A DNA stretch of 64,000 nt from a virus. How positions within the stretch are numbered: position 1 is the first letter of the stretch; each line of letters opens with the position of its first letter. Below, piece after piece: positions 48,571 through 58,764 of this stretch. The notes under the pieces are model-generated. The model saw nothing but the letters and a program-made list of their open reading frames with translations, searched no databases and was not told the origin of the DNA. The DNA lies in IMG/VR virus record IMGVR_UViG_3300017716_002931, positions 1 to 64,000 of that record. One strand, 5' to 3'. The translations under genes and the position numbers were made by a program.

Positions 48571-49371
48571 ATGCGAATTTTTATTTTAGGTTCGTCCGGC
48601 ATGCTCGGAACATATTTGAAACAACTGTTCAAATCAAAATACGAAACAATATGTCCAGACAGAAACGATGTTGATTTTTGTGATGATGAAAGTAAAATCT
48701 GCGATTTTTTTCAGCGTAATTCAATAAATGAACATGATATCATCATTAACTCTGCTGGTATAATCAAACAGAGGAAATCAAGTTTGGTGGAAATGGTGAA
48801 AGTTAACAGCTTGCTTCCTCATGTATTGACAAAAATCAAAGAAAAAAGCAACTGTCAAGTAATTCATGTAACTACAGATTGCGTGTTTAGTGGGAAAAAA
48901 GGAAGATATATAGAAACAGATGTACACGATTGTGAAGACGAATATGGAAAGAGTAAATCTTTGGGAGAAAACACCTCCTTAACAATAATCAGAACTTCAA
49001 TTATCGGGGAAGAGTTGAAAAACAAATTGTCACTGTGTGAGTGGGTCAAATCTCAGAACAATAAAACTGTAAATGGTTTTACCAACCACTACTGGAACGG
49101 ATTAACGTGTTTGGAATTAGCTAAAACAATAGATCAAATCATAACAAACAATGACTTTTGGAAAGGTGTTAGACATTTGTACTCTCCAAATACCGTTTCT
49201 AAATACGAACTTATAGAAAGTATCGCAAAACATTTCAATATTACATTAAAAATCAATGCAGTTCAATCAAACGATTGTTTTAGAAATCTAGATTCGATAC
49301 ATCAGTCAAAATACACAATTCGAGACTTGAATAAACAAATAAACGAGTTATCAAAATATGAACTGTTATGA
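48571..49371 (+). CDS. RmlD-like NDP-4-keto-sugar reductase
   Basis: GSSGMLG, TTDCVFSG..G.Y.E.D, YGKSK, RTSIIG. Confidence 0.85.
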   Translation: MRIFILGSSGMLGTYLKQLFKSKYETICPDRNDVDFCDDESKICDFFQRNSINEHDIIINSAGIIKQRKSSLVEMVKVNSLLPHVLTKIKEKSNCQVIHVTTDCVFSGKKGRYIETDVHDCEDEYGKSKSLGENTSLTIIRTSIIGEELKNKLSLCEWVKSQNNKTVNGFTNHYWNGLTCLELAKTIDQIITNNDFWKGVRHLYSPNTVSKYELIESIAKHFNITLKINAVQSNDCFRNLDSIHQSKYTIRDLNKQINELSKYELL

Positions 49372-50461
49372 TCTTCTAATAGTAGGAAGTGGTGTATTTG
49401 GAAGTGTTTTTGCTCAACAAGCAACAGAACACGGATTAAAATGTCTCATCATCGACAAACGTTCACATAATGCCGGAAATGCTTATACGGAAAACGTCCA
49501 TGGCATCAATGTTCACAAATATGGTCCTCATATTTTCTGGACACCAAACACAGAAGTTTGGGAATACGCAAATCGTTTTGCAAAATTTAATCACTTCACA
49601 AATCGTGTAAAAGTAAATAACCAAAACAAGATCTACTCATTTCCAATAAACCTGTTAACCATGCATCAGATGTTTGGGTGTAATACGCCCGAAGAAGCGG
49701 TTGCAAAGTTAGACTCTGTTCGTCTTAAAATAGAAAATCCATCGAACTTGGAAGAACATCTACTATCAACTGTAGGTGAAGAAATTTACCACAAGTTTTT
49801 TTACGGATACACCAAAAAACAGTGGGGTAGAGAACCAAGAGAGTTGCCCAAAAGCATCATAACTAGAATTCCTATCAGAACAAACTTTGACGACAATTAC
49901 TTATTCGATTGTCATCAGGGAATTCCAATCGGCGGTTACACAAAAATGTTGGAGAACATGCAAGTTGGGTGTGATCTGATTCTCAATGAAGACTATTTGC
50001 AAAATAGAGAATCGTGGGACAACGTGGCAAAGAAGGTGGTGTATACCGGTGCTCTTGATGAATTTTGTGATTACAAGTACGGAGAACTCGAATATCGTAG
50101 TTTGAGATTCGAAGAGTCTATACTTAACAAAAAGGATTATCAGGGATGTGCAATAATGAACTTCACAGAAGAGTCAGTCCCTTATACTCGCATCGTCGAA
50201 CATAAACACTTTGAATTTGGAAAGCAAGATGTTACAGTCATATCAAAAGAGTTTCCTCAGTCGTGGGAACGTGGTAAGGAAAAATACTATCCGATCAACG
50301 ATGAAAAAAATACGTATCTTTACCAACAATATAGATCTCTTTTCTCGGATGACTCAAAATACATTTTTGGTGGACGACTCGCAGAATACCGATACTACGA
50401 CATGCACCAAGTGATTTCCTCAGCAATTCATAAATTCAAAAAATTCATAGGTAAACCATGA
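49358..50461 (+). CDS. glf: UDP-galactopyranose mutase
   Basis: GSGVFG, HKYGPHIF, YTKKQWG, RIPIR, LEYRSL, YTRIVEHKHF, GRLAEYRYYDM. Confidence 0.92.
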   Translation: MNCYDLLIVGSGVFGSVFAQQATEHGLKCLIIDKRSHNAGNAYTENVHGINVHKYGPHIFWTPNTEVWEYANRFAKFNHFTNRVKVNNQNKIYSFPINLLTMHQMFGCNTPEEAVAKLDSVRLKIENPSNLEEHLLSTVGEEIYHKFFYGYTKKQWGREPRELPKSIITRIPIRTNFDDNYLFDCHQGIPIGGYTKMLENMQVGCDLILNEDYLQNRESWDNVAKKVVYTGALDEFCDYKYGELEYRSLRFEESILNKKDYQGCAIMNFTEESVPYTRIVEHKHFEFGKQDVTVISKEFPQSWERGKEKYYPINDEKNTYLYQQYRSLFSDDSKYIFGGRLAEYRYYDMHQVISSAIHKFKKFIGKP

Positions 50462-51354
50462 AAATTCAAATAGTTACACACCTGCTTCCACACGAATTGG
50501 ACGAGTTTGAACGTCAATTGTGCGTATTGAGTTCATATCCAATAACTGACGATGAAGTTATTCTTGATGTTACATTGAACGTAAACACCGTTGATTGGGA
50601 TAATGCAAAGATTCCAATTGAGTTCTTCGTAGAGAAGTTCAATAAGCTTCAAAACTACGTCACTAAAACAAATTGGTGTAAACAAGCTTTGTTTGATGTA
50701 GATGACACAGGAAAATGTAAAGGAATAAATGACAAACGCCGTAACAGTATTCGTCAATATGCTGATACCGTCGATGCGTTTGTGTATTTGGACTCAGACT
50801 TGGTATTTCAAGACTACACTCTTCCTTATTTGATTCATTGTGCTAAGACTGTCAAGAACAAATACTTCATACTAACCCCACAAATTCCAAAGATTTGGGA
50901 TGCCACATGGGATCATCTAGTCAACACTCGTTATATCGATAACCCATATGGAAGTGAACGATCATTCAATCCATATTATGGAACAAAAACAATTTCAGAT
51001 GAAGTAACGCTCATCAAATCGCCACAAATAAAACTCGGCGGAGGATGGTTCAACCTGTTTAGTTCCAATTTGTTGAAGTATACTGACATTCCTGATATTT
51101 TGGGCCCATACGGTGTGGATGACACTTATGTAATGTTCGCTGCCCAAATCATGCGACTCAATGGTGAAGATATAGAACAGTATATATTGAAGAATGTGAT
51201 AGTAGCAGAGAACTATCTACTTAGAAACAATCCGTACAAAGAGTTTATTCCGTATAAAACAGGTAGAGAAGATTACAAATCAATAGCAGAACAGAATTTG
51301 CGTGGATGTCTCAACGACTTTCAAGTAAAACATTCATATGTATTGAAAAAATGA
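50458..51354 (+). CDS. Putative GT-A glycosyltransferase
   Basis: FVYLDSD (DxD), YG.DDT; island context. Confidence 0.55.
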   Translation: MKIQIVTHLLPHELDEFERQLCVLSSYPITDDEVILDVTLNVNTVDWDNAKIPIEFFVEKFNKLQNYVTKTNWCKQALFDVDDTGKCKGINDKRRNSIRQYADTVDAFVYLDSDLVFQDYTLPYLIHCAKTVKNKYFILTPQIPKIWDATWDHLVNTRYIDNPYGSERSFNPYYGTKTISDEVTLIKSPQIKLGGGWFNLFSSNLLKYTDIPDILGPYGVDDTYVMFAAQIMRLNGEDIEQYILKNVIVAENYLLRNNPYKEFIPYKTGREDYKSIAEQNLRGCLNDFQVKHSYVLKK

Positions 51355-51689
51355 ACGACGTAAATTCAATATGTTTCACAGTTGTATGTTTGTTGCTTTG
51401 GTTTCATACTGAAACCGTACTTTCTTATGCGCAACTATTCAGGTTGAGAAAGTTATTCAAAATATCCGACTTTGAAGAAGATAGAACGCATGATTTTACT
51501 ATTGAATACCCTCAGTGGTTATATAAGAAACATCCTGGCTTTTTAACAAAACTATTGAGTTGCCCTTGGTGTATAGGATTTTGGATATGCTTATCATCCT
51601 GTTTATTCTGTAACACGACCGACATGTTTTTTGCGGAATATTTGATATCAATGATCACATACTTTTTTGTATCAAATAAAATACTATGA
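51351..51689 (+). CDS. DUF1360-like membrane protein
   Basis: KLLSCPWCIGFW with flanking hydrophobic helices. Confidence 0.6.
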   Translation: MNDVNSICFTVVCLLLWFHTETVLSYAQLFRLRKLFKISDFEEDRTHDFTIEYPQWLYKKHPGFLTKLLSCPWCIGFWICLSSCLFCNTTDMFFAEYLISMITYFFVSNKIL

Positions 51690-51979
51690 ATGTAGGCAAC
51701 TTCACAGAATTTTATAACCTGTTGAAAAACAATGATGCTATAACCAACACAATTCCACATCTTAGAGATTTTGTTGTGTTGGCAGAAACCTATCGTGATA
51801 TGTGTTCTTGTGATCGTAAATCAGAAAAACTACGATTGAAAACCGAGTGTGAATCTCAGTACAGAATACTTGTGACCACTGTTATTACCGCAAACATAAA
51901 TGTATTCTTTACCGTACTAAAACAATCTCACATTCGGTTCATTCATAACTGCGCCGTTATTCGAGAGTTTTCTCAGTAG
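51686..51979 (+). CDS. Hypothetical protein
   Basis: 97 aa, CSC motif, ATGA-coupled. Confidence 0.6.
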   Translation: MNVGNFTEFYNLLKNNDAITNTIPHLRDFVVLAETYRDMCSCDRKSEKLRLKTECESQYRILVTTVITANINVFFTVLKQSHIRFIHNCAVIREFSQ

Positions 51980-53306
51980 ATTTGAAAATATATCGATCCT
52001 TGGTTAAGATGATACGAGGATCTTCTCTCAAAGCATTTCGATATGGTGTGAATGAAATCTGTCGTCCCCACCCCAAGTCGTCAAGGATTTCTCTCTTTGT
52101 TACAGATACATTCTTTTCAATATACTTGACAATATCAACATACACCTTGCTGCGTTTGATGATTTCGTAGTCATCGAAGATGTTCCAGTTATCAAACCAA
52201 GTCAAAACAGTGTTCTTGATATTGAGACTATCAGCAATTTCTTCTAGTTTATTACGATGATCCAATTTGAAATTCTTGTTGTCCAATGCATGTTCTAACT
52301 TGTTCAAAAACTCAGTTTCATTTTCATAGAACAAGGGATAATCAATACCAACCATTTCAGGATAACACAACTTCTTTGGAAGAAGATATGGCAAACCCCT
52401 CGTTAAGCCGTCTGTAACACTCAAGGACCACGCAGAATATGTTTGGAAGTATCCAACACCAACATGCATCTGTTTGATAAAGTCAAAATACTTGTTTCTC
52501 TCAAGTTCAACTCTCTTGATGTAGGGCCTAGACTCTTCTGCCAATGTCACGTACACCGTGAAATCTTGCCGTTTTGCCCACAACTTATCCATTACAGATA
52601 CAAAATCATTCCATCCTGTATAATCGTTGGGTCGATGGTTGAAGAAAATGCTCTTATCGATGGTCTTATCGTCACTGAAATCACTGTCAGCAGGAAGATA
52701 GTGAGGTTGAATAATACGATTGAGCTTATTGATAACATCAGCACTAAAGTTGTCCGCTGCTCTATCAAGAATCAAATCCTTCAGCCACCTAGAATTTACT
52801 CCACACTCTTCCATCTCAAGAGTCCCAAGAATGTTCAAATCAAACACGTCCTTTGGATATCCGGTGTTTTCAGCTACCTCATACCAATGGCAATATCCAA
52901 CAAACTTTGGTCTGATACCAGCGTTGTTGTAAAAATAATTTGCTAGTTGAAGAGTTTGTTCCGGAAGATGTGAATAGATTATGTCATAATCCTTATTATG
53001 CACATCAAGAAGATCAGATACTTTATCCACATTGAAATGAATACGCATTGTATTCGGATAGCTAGGGAACTTATAGTAAATTTGTTCGGTGTTATCATAT
53101 TGAAGCAATTTTGTGTGAGAAGGAGTTACTATAGTCCAAAAGATATCATCACGAATAGAACGTAGTGCTCGAATCACACTAGCCAATACAATTACATAAG
53201 AATCCTTCTCAAGATTTTCAGAGTATGTTATATTTGGCCATACCAAAATCTTGTGTTTGTATTCCTTATCCAGCTCAGATTGTTCCGTTTCAAAAAATTC
53301 ACTCAT
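51957..53306 (-). CDS. GT-B glycosyltransferase with C-terminal winged-helix-like domain
   Basis: [28 protein letters not shown]...P...YPEM; tail [22 protein letters not shown]. Confidence 0.7.
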   Translation of the reverse strand: MSEFFETEQSELDKEYKHKILVWPNITYSENLEKDSYVIVLASVIRALRSIRDDIFWTIVTPSHTKLLQYDNTEQIYYKFPSYPNTMRIHFNVDKVSDLLDVHNKDYDIIYSHLPEQTLQLANYFYNNAGIRPKFVGYCHWYEVAENTGYPKDVFDLNILGTLEMEECGVNSRWLKDLILDRAADNFSADVINKLNRIIQPHYLPADSDFSDDKTIDKSIFFNHRPNDYTGWNDFVSVMDKLWAKRQDFTVYVTLAEESRPYIKRVELERNKYFDFIKQMHVGVGYFQTYSAWSLSVTDGLTRGLPYLLPKKLCYPEMVGIDYPLFYENETEFLNKLEHALDNKNFKLDHRNKLEEIADSLNIKNTVLTWFDNWNIFDDYEIIKRSKVYVDIVKYIEKNVSVTKREILDDLGWGRQISFTPYRNALREDPRIILTKDRYIFKSTEKTLE

Positions 53307-54256
53307 GTTGTGTATGACACTATAGTCTTTTTCATTGAGTCTGTAAAGTTGTTATACTCAATCTTTCCAAGTTTATTGGTGTAGTCTTCAGTATTAATAG
53401 CATATCTAAAATCATGACCTTTTCTATCACCAACAAACTTTATGAAGTCATAATCAACTGTTTGGCCAGTTACCTCTTCATAACATTGCTTGATAATATA
53501 TACCAACAACAGATTAGATAGTTCACGATCTCCTCCGATTAAATACTGTTCACCAATTTCTCCTTTTTCCAAAATGTTGATCAACGCATTGACGTGATCT
53601 TTAACATAAATCCAGTCACGGACATTTTTGCCATCGCCGTATACCGGTACTGGCAACCGTCGCATAAAGTGATCGATGCAGGTTGGTATCATTTTCTCTT
53701 TATACTGCCGTGAACCAAAATTGTTGCTACAGTTTGTTATGATTGTGGGAAGTTTATGGGTTACATTATAACTCCTTACCAACAAATCGCTAGCAGCTTT
53801 ACTGGCTGCATAGGGGCTATTGGGTCTATAGGGAGAGTTTACTGTGAACGGCGAATCATTCGGTCCCAAACTACCAAACACTTCGTCTGTTGACACGTGG
53901 ATAAACTTTTTGAGGTGATCAATAGAACGAACGCATTCTAGTAGATTGTGTGTTCCGACCACATTGGTTTGAATAAATGGGGCAGAGTTTTTAATGCTGT
54001 TGTCCACGTGACTTTCAGCAGCAAAATGAACCACGTAATTCACATGAAAGGTTTTGAGTATAAACAAAACAAAATCTTTGGTGATATCTACGCTGAACTG
54101 TTTGTACCGAGAATCCAATTCAAACGGAAGATTCTTATTGGCAGCATATGTCATTGAATCAATGTTAACAACCTGTTCAACATCGTCACGTTTAAGAATC
54201 TCTTCTATAAAGTGAGATCCTATGAATCCACATCCTCCAGTTACCAATATTCTCAT
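53303..54256 (-). CDS. rmlB: dTDP-glucose 4,6-dehydratase
   Basis: [57 protein letters not shown]. Confidence 0.95.
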   Translation of the reverse strand: MRILVTGGCGFIGSHFIEEILKRDDVEQVVNIDSMTYAANKNLPFELDSRYKQFSVDITKDFVLFILKTFHVNYVVHFAAESHVDNSIKNSAPFIQTNVVGTHNLLECVRSIDHLKKFIHVSTDEVFGSLGPNDSPFTVNSPYRPNSPYAASKAASDLLVRSYNVTHKLPTIITNCSNNFGSRQYKEKMIPTCIDHFMRRLPVPVYGDGKNVRDWIYVKDHVNALINILEKGEIGEQYLIGGDRELSNLLLVYIIKQCYEEVTGQTVDYDFIKFVGDRKGHDFRYAINTEDYTNKLGKIEYNNFTDSMKKTIVSYTT

Positions 54257-55491
54257 ATCACCTCAAACTTTGGACATGGAACAATGAAGTGACCTCCCTC
54301 TTGTAGATACTTAACTTCACGTTTTTTGAATTCGTCGATGAAATGCCATGGAAGAACCAATAGATACTTGGGTTTAGCCTGTCTCATTTCTTCTTCTGAG
54401 TAGATTGGAATGTTTGTTCCCACCGTTTTTAATCCAAACTTGTATGGACTTCTTTCAGCTGCACCATCAATTAGGGTATTATCCAAACCGAAATATTGTA
54501 GAAGCGTGTTTCCCTTGGTAGACGCTCCATACACCCACACTTTGTCTCCTTGTGATTTTTTTAACGTAACAAACTCATGAACCGTATTTTTTAATTCACG
54601 CAACTTGTCGTAAAAATTGAGATAAAACTCAATGGTGTTTGCACCAATCTTGTTCTCATATTCAAACAATGAATTTACACGATATTGTGCAACATCTCTG
54701 TATGGCGCATTTGCAAATGACGTAAATGATGCGTCATTTTTTTGTAGATACACTCTGAATGATCCACCATTTACATCGTTTAGTTCACAATCGACAATCT
54801 TGAATTGGGTTTGTTGAAGAACATATGACAAAGAATGTAGAGTATAATACATCAGATGTTCATGACAAATATTGTCAAAAGCCATTTGTTGGATCATCAA
54901 TGGGGTGTAACTCATTTGAATTATGAACATTCCGTCGTCCTTTAGAACCTCGTACACATCATTCAAAAATGATACGGGATCGGGCAAGTCATAAAACATT
55001 GCGATACACGTGACAATATCACACTTACGTCCTTTGAATGTGCTTTTATCAAACGATTCTTTGGTAAAATAATCTTGTACAATTTCATCTGCAAATTTCT
55101 TGCTCTCTTTTGTATAAGACTCATTAGCAGGATCGATACCAATTTTTTCGTAGGTGTCAGGAACAAAACTCAATAGAGTTCCGTCATTACATGCAATGTC
55201 CAACCACAACGGTTGTTCGGTTGACTTATGTACAGACACACAACTATCCACAACGTTTTTAAGTTGGTTACGCATGGTTTGATTGGTGCCGGATCGATAC
55301 CAATATCGACCATACATTTTATTAGGATCAGCAGATTGTTCGAGTTGAACTAGTTTAGATGTTTTTGAGAACATCAACTTGAGTTCACTCTTATACTCAT
55401 CGGGTGGCTGTTGTTGTACAAAATCTGATATGAACAAATTTCCGAGAGAAAACAGTTCGACCAATTCATCGTTGGCGACTCTACATTTCAT
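54253..55491 (-). CDS. NDP-hexose C-methyltransferase (Methyltransf_13/14-like)
   Basis: Y.YRSG, DIACNDGTLL, FDNICHEH, GGS.R, YGASTKGNTLL, VLPWHF. Confidence 0.88.
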   Translation of the reverse strand: MKCRVANDELVELFSLGNLFISDFVQQQPPDEYKSELKLMFSKTSKLVQLEQSADPNKMYGRYWYRSGTNQTMRNQLKNVVDSCVSVHKSTEQPLWLDIACNDGTLLSFVPDTYEKIGIDPANESYTKESKKFADEIVQDYFTKESFDKSTFKGRKCDIVTCIAMFYDLPDPVSFLNDVYEVLKDDGMFIIQMSYTPLMIQQMAFDNICHEHLMYYTLHSLSYVLQQTQFKIVDCELNDVNGGSFRVYLQKNDASFTSFANAPYRDVAQYRVNSLFEYENKIGANTIEFYLNFYDKLRELKNTVHEFVTLKKSQGDKVWVYGASTKGNTLLQYFGLDNTLIDGAAERSPYKFGLKTVGTNIPIYSEEEMRQAKPKYLLVLPWHFIDEFKKREVKYLQEGGHFIVPCPKFEVI

Positions 55492-55495
55492 ATTA

Positions 55496-56359
55496 TTAAT
55501 TCCAATTGTTTAAACAGTAGTCTAGTGCTTCGTTTACATCCCTCATTTTAATTCCCGTATCCAATAGTTTTTTATTACTCATCACACAATTAGAACGAGG
55601 AGTTTTTGCCGCTGTCTTATAGAAATCTTCCTCGTTATCAAAAAATTCAAACTCCCTATCTTTGGCGATTGTGTTTTTTATCTTCTCAATAACTTGTTTG
55701 GTTGTAACATGACCAGTGTTAGTTACGTTGTAAGTCCCATATGGAACCTTCTTAAGAACACATTCAACACAAGCACGAACAAAATCTTCCTTATTAGAAA
55801 TAGAGTTCTCAGCATCCAAAAGTTTTTTGTAATTCAACATTTTGGATAGATAATTCCTTGGATTATGATTTTCTTCAAAAGGAATCCTAAGTCTCCAAAT
55901 ATAGTGATTGTCGCCATTTCTACGAATCAAATCTTCTGCCAATGCTTTTGTTCCGCTATAAAAACTACAATTGTTGTGTTCAAAACTGAAATTAGGACGA
56001 TCAATTTCCGTGAACGGGCTACCGTCGTTATTTCTTCCTGTGTAAATACATCCTGATGATACATGACCAAATGTTATATTGTGATCGTTACAAAAGATAG
56101 AAATCATGTCTGGTACACTGACATTTCCATAAATTGTATTGTGTTTGTCCGTCTCACACGCATCTACATTTGGTTTTCCAGTATATCCTGCGCAATTGAT
56201 GATCGATGTCAAACCCAACGCACCATGCAACAGTTTAAGCTGATTATATGTAAGTTCTTTTGTTGGGACGGAACAATTTCGAGTATCCACTCCTTTTTTG
56301 AAAAGTTGTTTATGAAACTCTTGTCCAATATATCCCGACGACCCTAGTAATAATATCAT
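55496..56359 (-). CDS. NDP-4-keto-6-deoxyglucose 3,5-epimerase/4-reductase (UER1-like RmlD family)
   Basis: GSSGYIG, NCAGYTGKPNVDACE, SSGCIY, SFYSGTK, LRIP. Confidence 0.8.
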   Translation of the reverse strand: MILLLGSSGYIGQEFHKQLFKKGVDTRNCSVPTKELTYNQLKLLHGALGLTSIINCAGYTGKPNVDACETDKHNTIYGNVSVPDMISIFCNDHNITFGHVSSGCIYTGRNNDGSPFTEIDRPNFSFEHNNCSFYSGTKALAEDLIRRNGDNHYIWRLRIPFEENHNPRNYLSKMLNYKKLLDAENSISNKEDFVRACVECVLKKVPYGTYNVTNTGHVTTKQVIEKIKNTIAKDREFEFFDNEEDFYKTAAKTPRSNCVMSNKKLLDTGIKMRDVNEALDYCLNNWN

Positions 56360-57195
56360 AATGATTCCAAGTAAGTTCTATATTCTGATTTTGGCATTTT
56401 ATTTACCAACTTAGTTAACTGTGATCTATCTATAAATCCTTGATTCAGGCAATCTTCTTCAATACATGCAACTTTACATCCTTGACGGTCCTGAACCGTT
56501 TGTACGTAATTACTAGCCTGAGATAGAGTTGTTGGTGATCCTGCATCCAACCAAGCCGTTCCTTTCGGCATTTTAATGACATTTAAGTTACCTGATTCCA
56601 AGTATTTACGGTTGATGTCGGTGATTTCAAGTTCTCCTCGTTTGGAGGGTTTTATACTCTTTGCATAATCTATCACTTTACCGTCGTAGAAATATAGGCC
56701 AGGAACGGCGTATTTACTCTTAGGCGACGTTGGTTTCTCTTCTATGATCAACGCCTTGCCCGCGTCATCAAACTCAACCACACCGTATTCTTGTGGGTTG
56801 TTGACTTTATAGGCAAATATCACCGCACCTGTAAAGTCTACCCTCATTTTATTGAATCCGTGAAAAACGTTGTCTCCCAAGATCAATGCAATATTTTGTA
56901 GATCTATGAAATCTTCAGCAATAAGAAACGATTGTGCAATTCCTTCTGGTTTTGGTTGGGCTTTGTATTCAATGTTTAATCCCAAATGATTTCCATCGCC
57001 AAACAACTTTTCATATAGTGGAAGGAAATTGAAAGAAGAAATGATACAAATGTCTTTGATTCCACACGAAATCAATGTGGACAAAGGATAGTAGATCATC
57101 GGTTTGTCGTAAACAGGCAATAGTTGTTTGTTCACCACCGTTGTAAGTGGATACAGTCTACTACCCGTTCCTCCCGATAAAATAATACCCTTCAT
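56356..57195 (-). CDS. rmlA: Glucose-1-phosphate thymidylyltransferase
   Basis: GIILSGGTGSRLYPLT...KQLLPVYDKPMIYYPL, LGDN, EEKP, RGELEITD, WLDAG. Confidence 0.96.
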   Translation of the reverse strand: MKGIILSGGTGSRLYPLTTVVNKQLLPVYDKPMIYYPLSTLISCGIKDICIISSFNFLPLYEKLFGDGNHLGLNIEYKAQPKPEGIAQSFLIAEDFIDLQNIALILGDNVFHGFNKMRVDFTGAVIFAYKVNNPQEYGVVEFDDAGKALIIEEKPTSPKSKYAVPGLYFYDGKVIDYAKSIKPSKRGELEITDINRKYLESGNLNVIKMPKGTAWLDAGSPTTLSQASNYVQTVQDRQGCKVACIEEDCLNQGFIDRSQLTKLVNKMPKSEYRTYLESL

Positions 57196-57857
57196 TTATT
57201 AATCAACTTTTCGTACACGTTTCCAACGATCAAATTCAACTCTTCATTTGCAACAATTTCCTCGTATGTCTTTCCATTCGAAGACACATGTTGCCATTCC
57301 ACTTGAAAATCCGCTGCTGCCTTGACTTTAGGATCGTTCCAACGTTCGTGATCATTTGCCGGTTCAACCCAAATCTTCTGATTGGTACTGGCAATGTCAC
57401 TACGGATGCGTCTTCCCTCCGTTGGAAATCCGTATGTGTATTTTGAGACGTGGATTAACGATCCGTTCAAATCGTTCTTGATCCAACCCACTTCATCTTT
57501 GGGATAAAAATCATAACGGATATCAGTGACAAAAACAACATCTGAATTGTCTTTCTCAATATCGGATTGAAGCTTCTCTACCCAATATCTTCCGTTGGTT
57601 TGTTTTCGTTTTACGTCTCCATACCAAACCAACATTTCTCTAAAAACTTTCTTTTGATCTGTGTTTTCCGTAAACACATCCAATCCCAGCTTATCCTTGA
57701 TAAACTCTTTACAGTCATTCTTCAAATAGAATGCCAAAGCATATGAACTGCATGTTAGTCCATACTTTTCTGTTAGAATCTTTTTTGATATGTCACAAAA
57801 CAGATTTTTACCTGCTCTTGCTACTCCTGAAATTCCAATATAACGTTTGTTACTCAT
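57192..57857 (-). CDS. Deoxynucleoside monophosphate kinase (T4 gp1-like)
   Basis: IGISGVARAGKN P-loop, R..L...G...R, VTDIRY...E. Confidence 0.8.
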   Translation of the reverse strand: MSNKRYIGISGVARAGKNLFCDISKKILTEKYGLTCSSYALAFYLKNDCKEFIKDKLGLDVFTENTDQKKVFREMLVWYGDVKRKQTNGRYWVEKLQSDIEKDNSDVVFVTDIRYDFYPKDEVGWIKNDLNGSLIHVSKYTYGFPTEGRRIRSDIASTNQKIWVEPANDHERWNDPKVKAAADFQVEWQHVSSNGKTYEEIVANEELNLIVGNVYEKLINK

Positions 57858-58362
57858 ATGTCATTATTGACTCGACTTCTTTATCTGTCAATCCGTATGC
57901 TTTACATATGGATTTTAATTCGATAACACCGCTTTCATCTTTCATATAAAGATGACAGTATTCCTTGGCTTCTGACTTGGACACCTCAAACCTTTTTGAC
58001 ACCAAATTTAACAAATCAGAGGTAAATCCTTTGGAGTTGGACTTGACATATGGAAAATATGTGGATGATTGATTTGTGACAGCGGTACACAACGTATAAA
58101 AATTACGTGACGGTATATCGGATTGGTATTTGGCTATACTCGATATGCTATCAATCGAACTACGATCCATAGACAAAAAACGCAGAATCATGAAGTGATT
58201 AAACGACTTCTTGTCTGCGTCTGATAACTTGTCGTAATAGTCAGAAGATTGTACTTTCCTGATATGGTTCACATGGTCAAACAATCCCAATGCTTTGGGG
58301 ATTGGATTTCCATTTTCATCGATCTCTACTTTCTTAGATTTTGTTGCCGGTTTTTTTGCCAT
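57850..58362 (-). CDS. Clamp loader small subunit (gp62-like)
   Basis: LFD.VN.I, FN.FMI.RFLSM, YFPYVK, FEVS..EA..Y. Confidence 0.75.
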   Translation of the reverse strand: MAKKPATKSKKVEIDENGNPIPKALGLFDHVNHIRKVQSSDYYDKLSDADKKSFNHFMILRFLSMDRSSIDSISSIAKYQSDIPSRNFYTLCTAVTNQSSTYFPYVKSNSKGFTSDLLNLVSKRFEVSKSEAKEYCHLYMKDESGVIELKSICKAYGLTDKEVESIMTYE

Positions 58363-58612
58363 GTTTATCGATAATAGATTTGAACGTCTTGATATCAGAT
58401 ACTAAACGTTTCTGATTGTTAAGTAAAGATGTTATACTATTGTTTACATCTTCCGTGTTTTTGTCTATTACATCCTTGTTAACCAACAATATCTTGTGCA
58501 TCTTATACAAGAAAAATGCCACTAGGATAAACCCTAGTGGCACTAGCACGGGAAATTTATAGGTCAACAATGCAAATACTCCAATAGCAATTTGTATTGT
58601 TATTTTATACAT
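58334..58612 (-). CDS. Small membrane protein with coiled coil (start re-called to 58612)
   Basis: Two hydrophobic segments followed by a heptad tail. Confidence 0.55.
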   Translation of the reverse strand: MYKITIQIAIGVFALLTYKFPVLVPLGFILVAFFLYKMHKILLVNKDVIDKNTEDVNNSITSLLNNQKRLVSDIKTFKSIIDKHGKKTGNKI

Positions 58613-58751
58613 TTTTTTCTTCGGATTCAACCTCAAATTGAGTTGTCTTTTTTGACTTATTCTTCTTTGATGTATTATTTACCTTGAACTTGTTTTTGCT
58701 CTTACGAGCCCGCTCAAAGGCATCCGAATCACGTTTATACGTCTTGCCCAT
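58605..58751 (-). CDS. Small basic protein, 48 aa (not in the ORF track)
   Basis: MGKTYKRDSDAFERARKSKNKFK...EEKNV*; SD-like GGGGTGA upstream; overlaps the next start. Confidence 0.6.
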   Translation of the reverse strand: MGKTYKRDSDAFERARKSKNKFKVNNTSKKNKSKKTTQFEVESEEKNV

Positions 58752-58764
58752 AAATTTCACCCCC

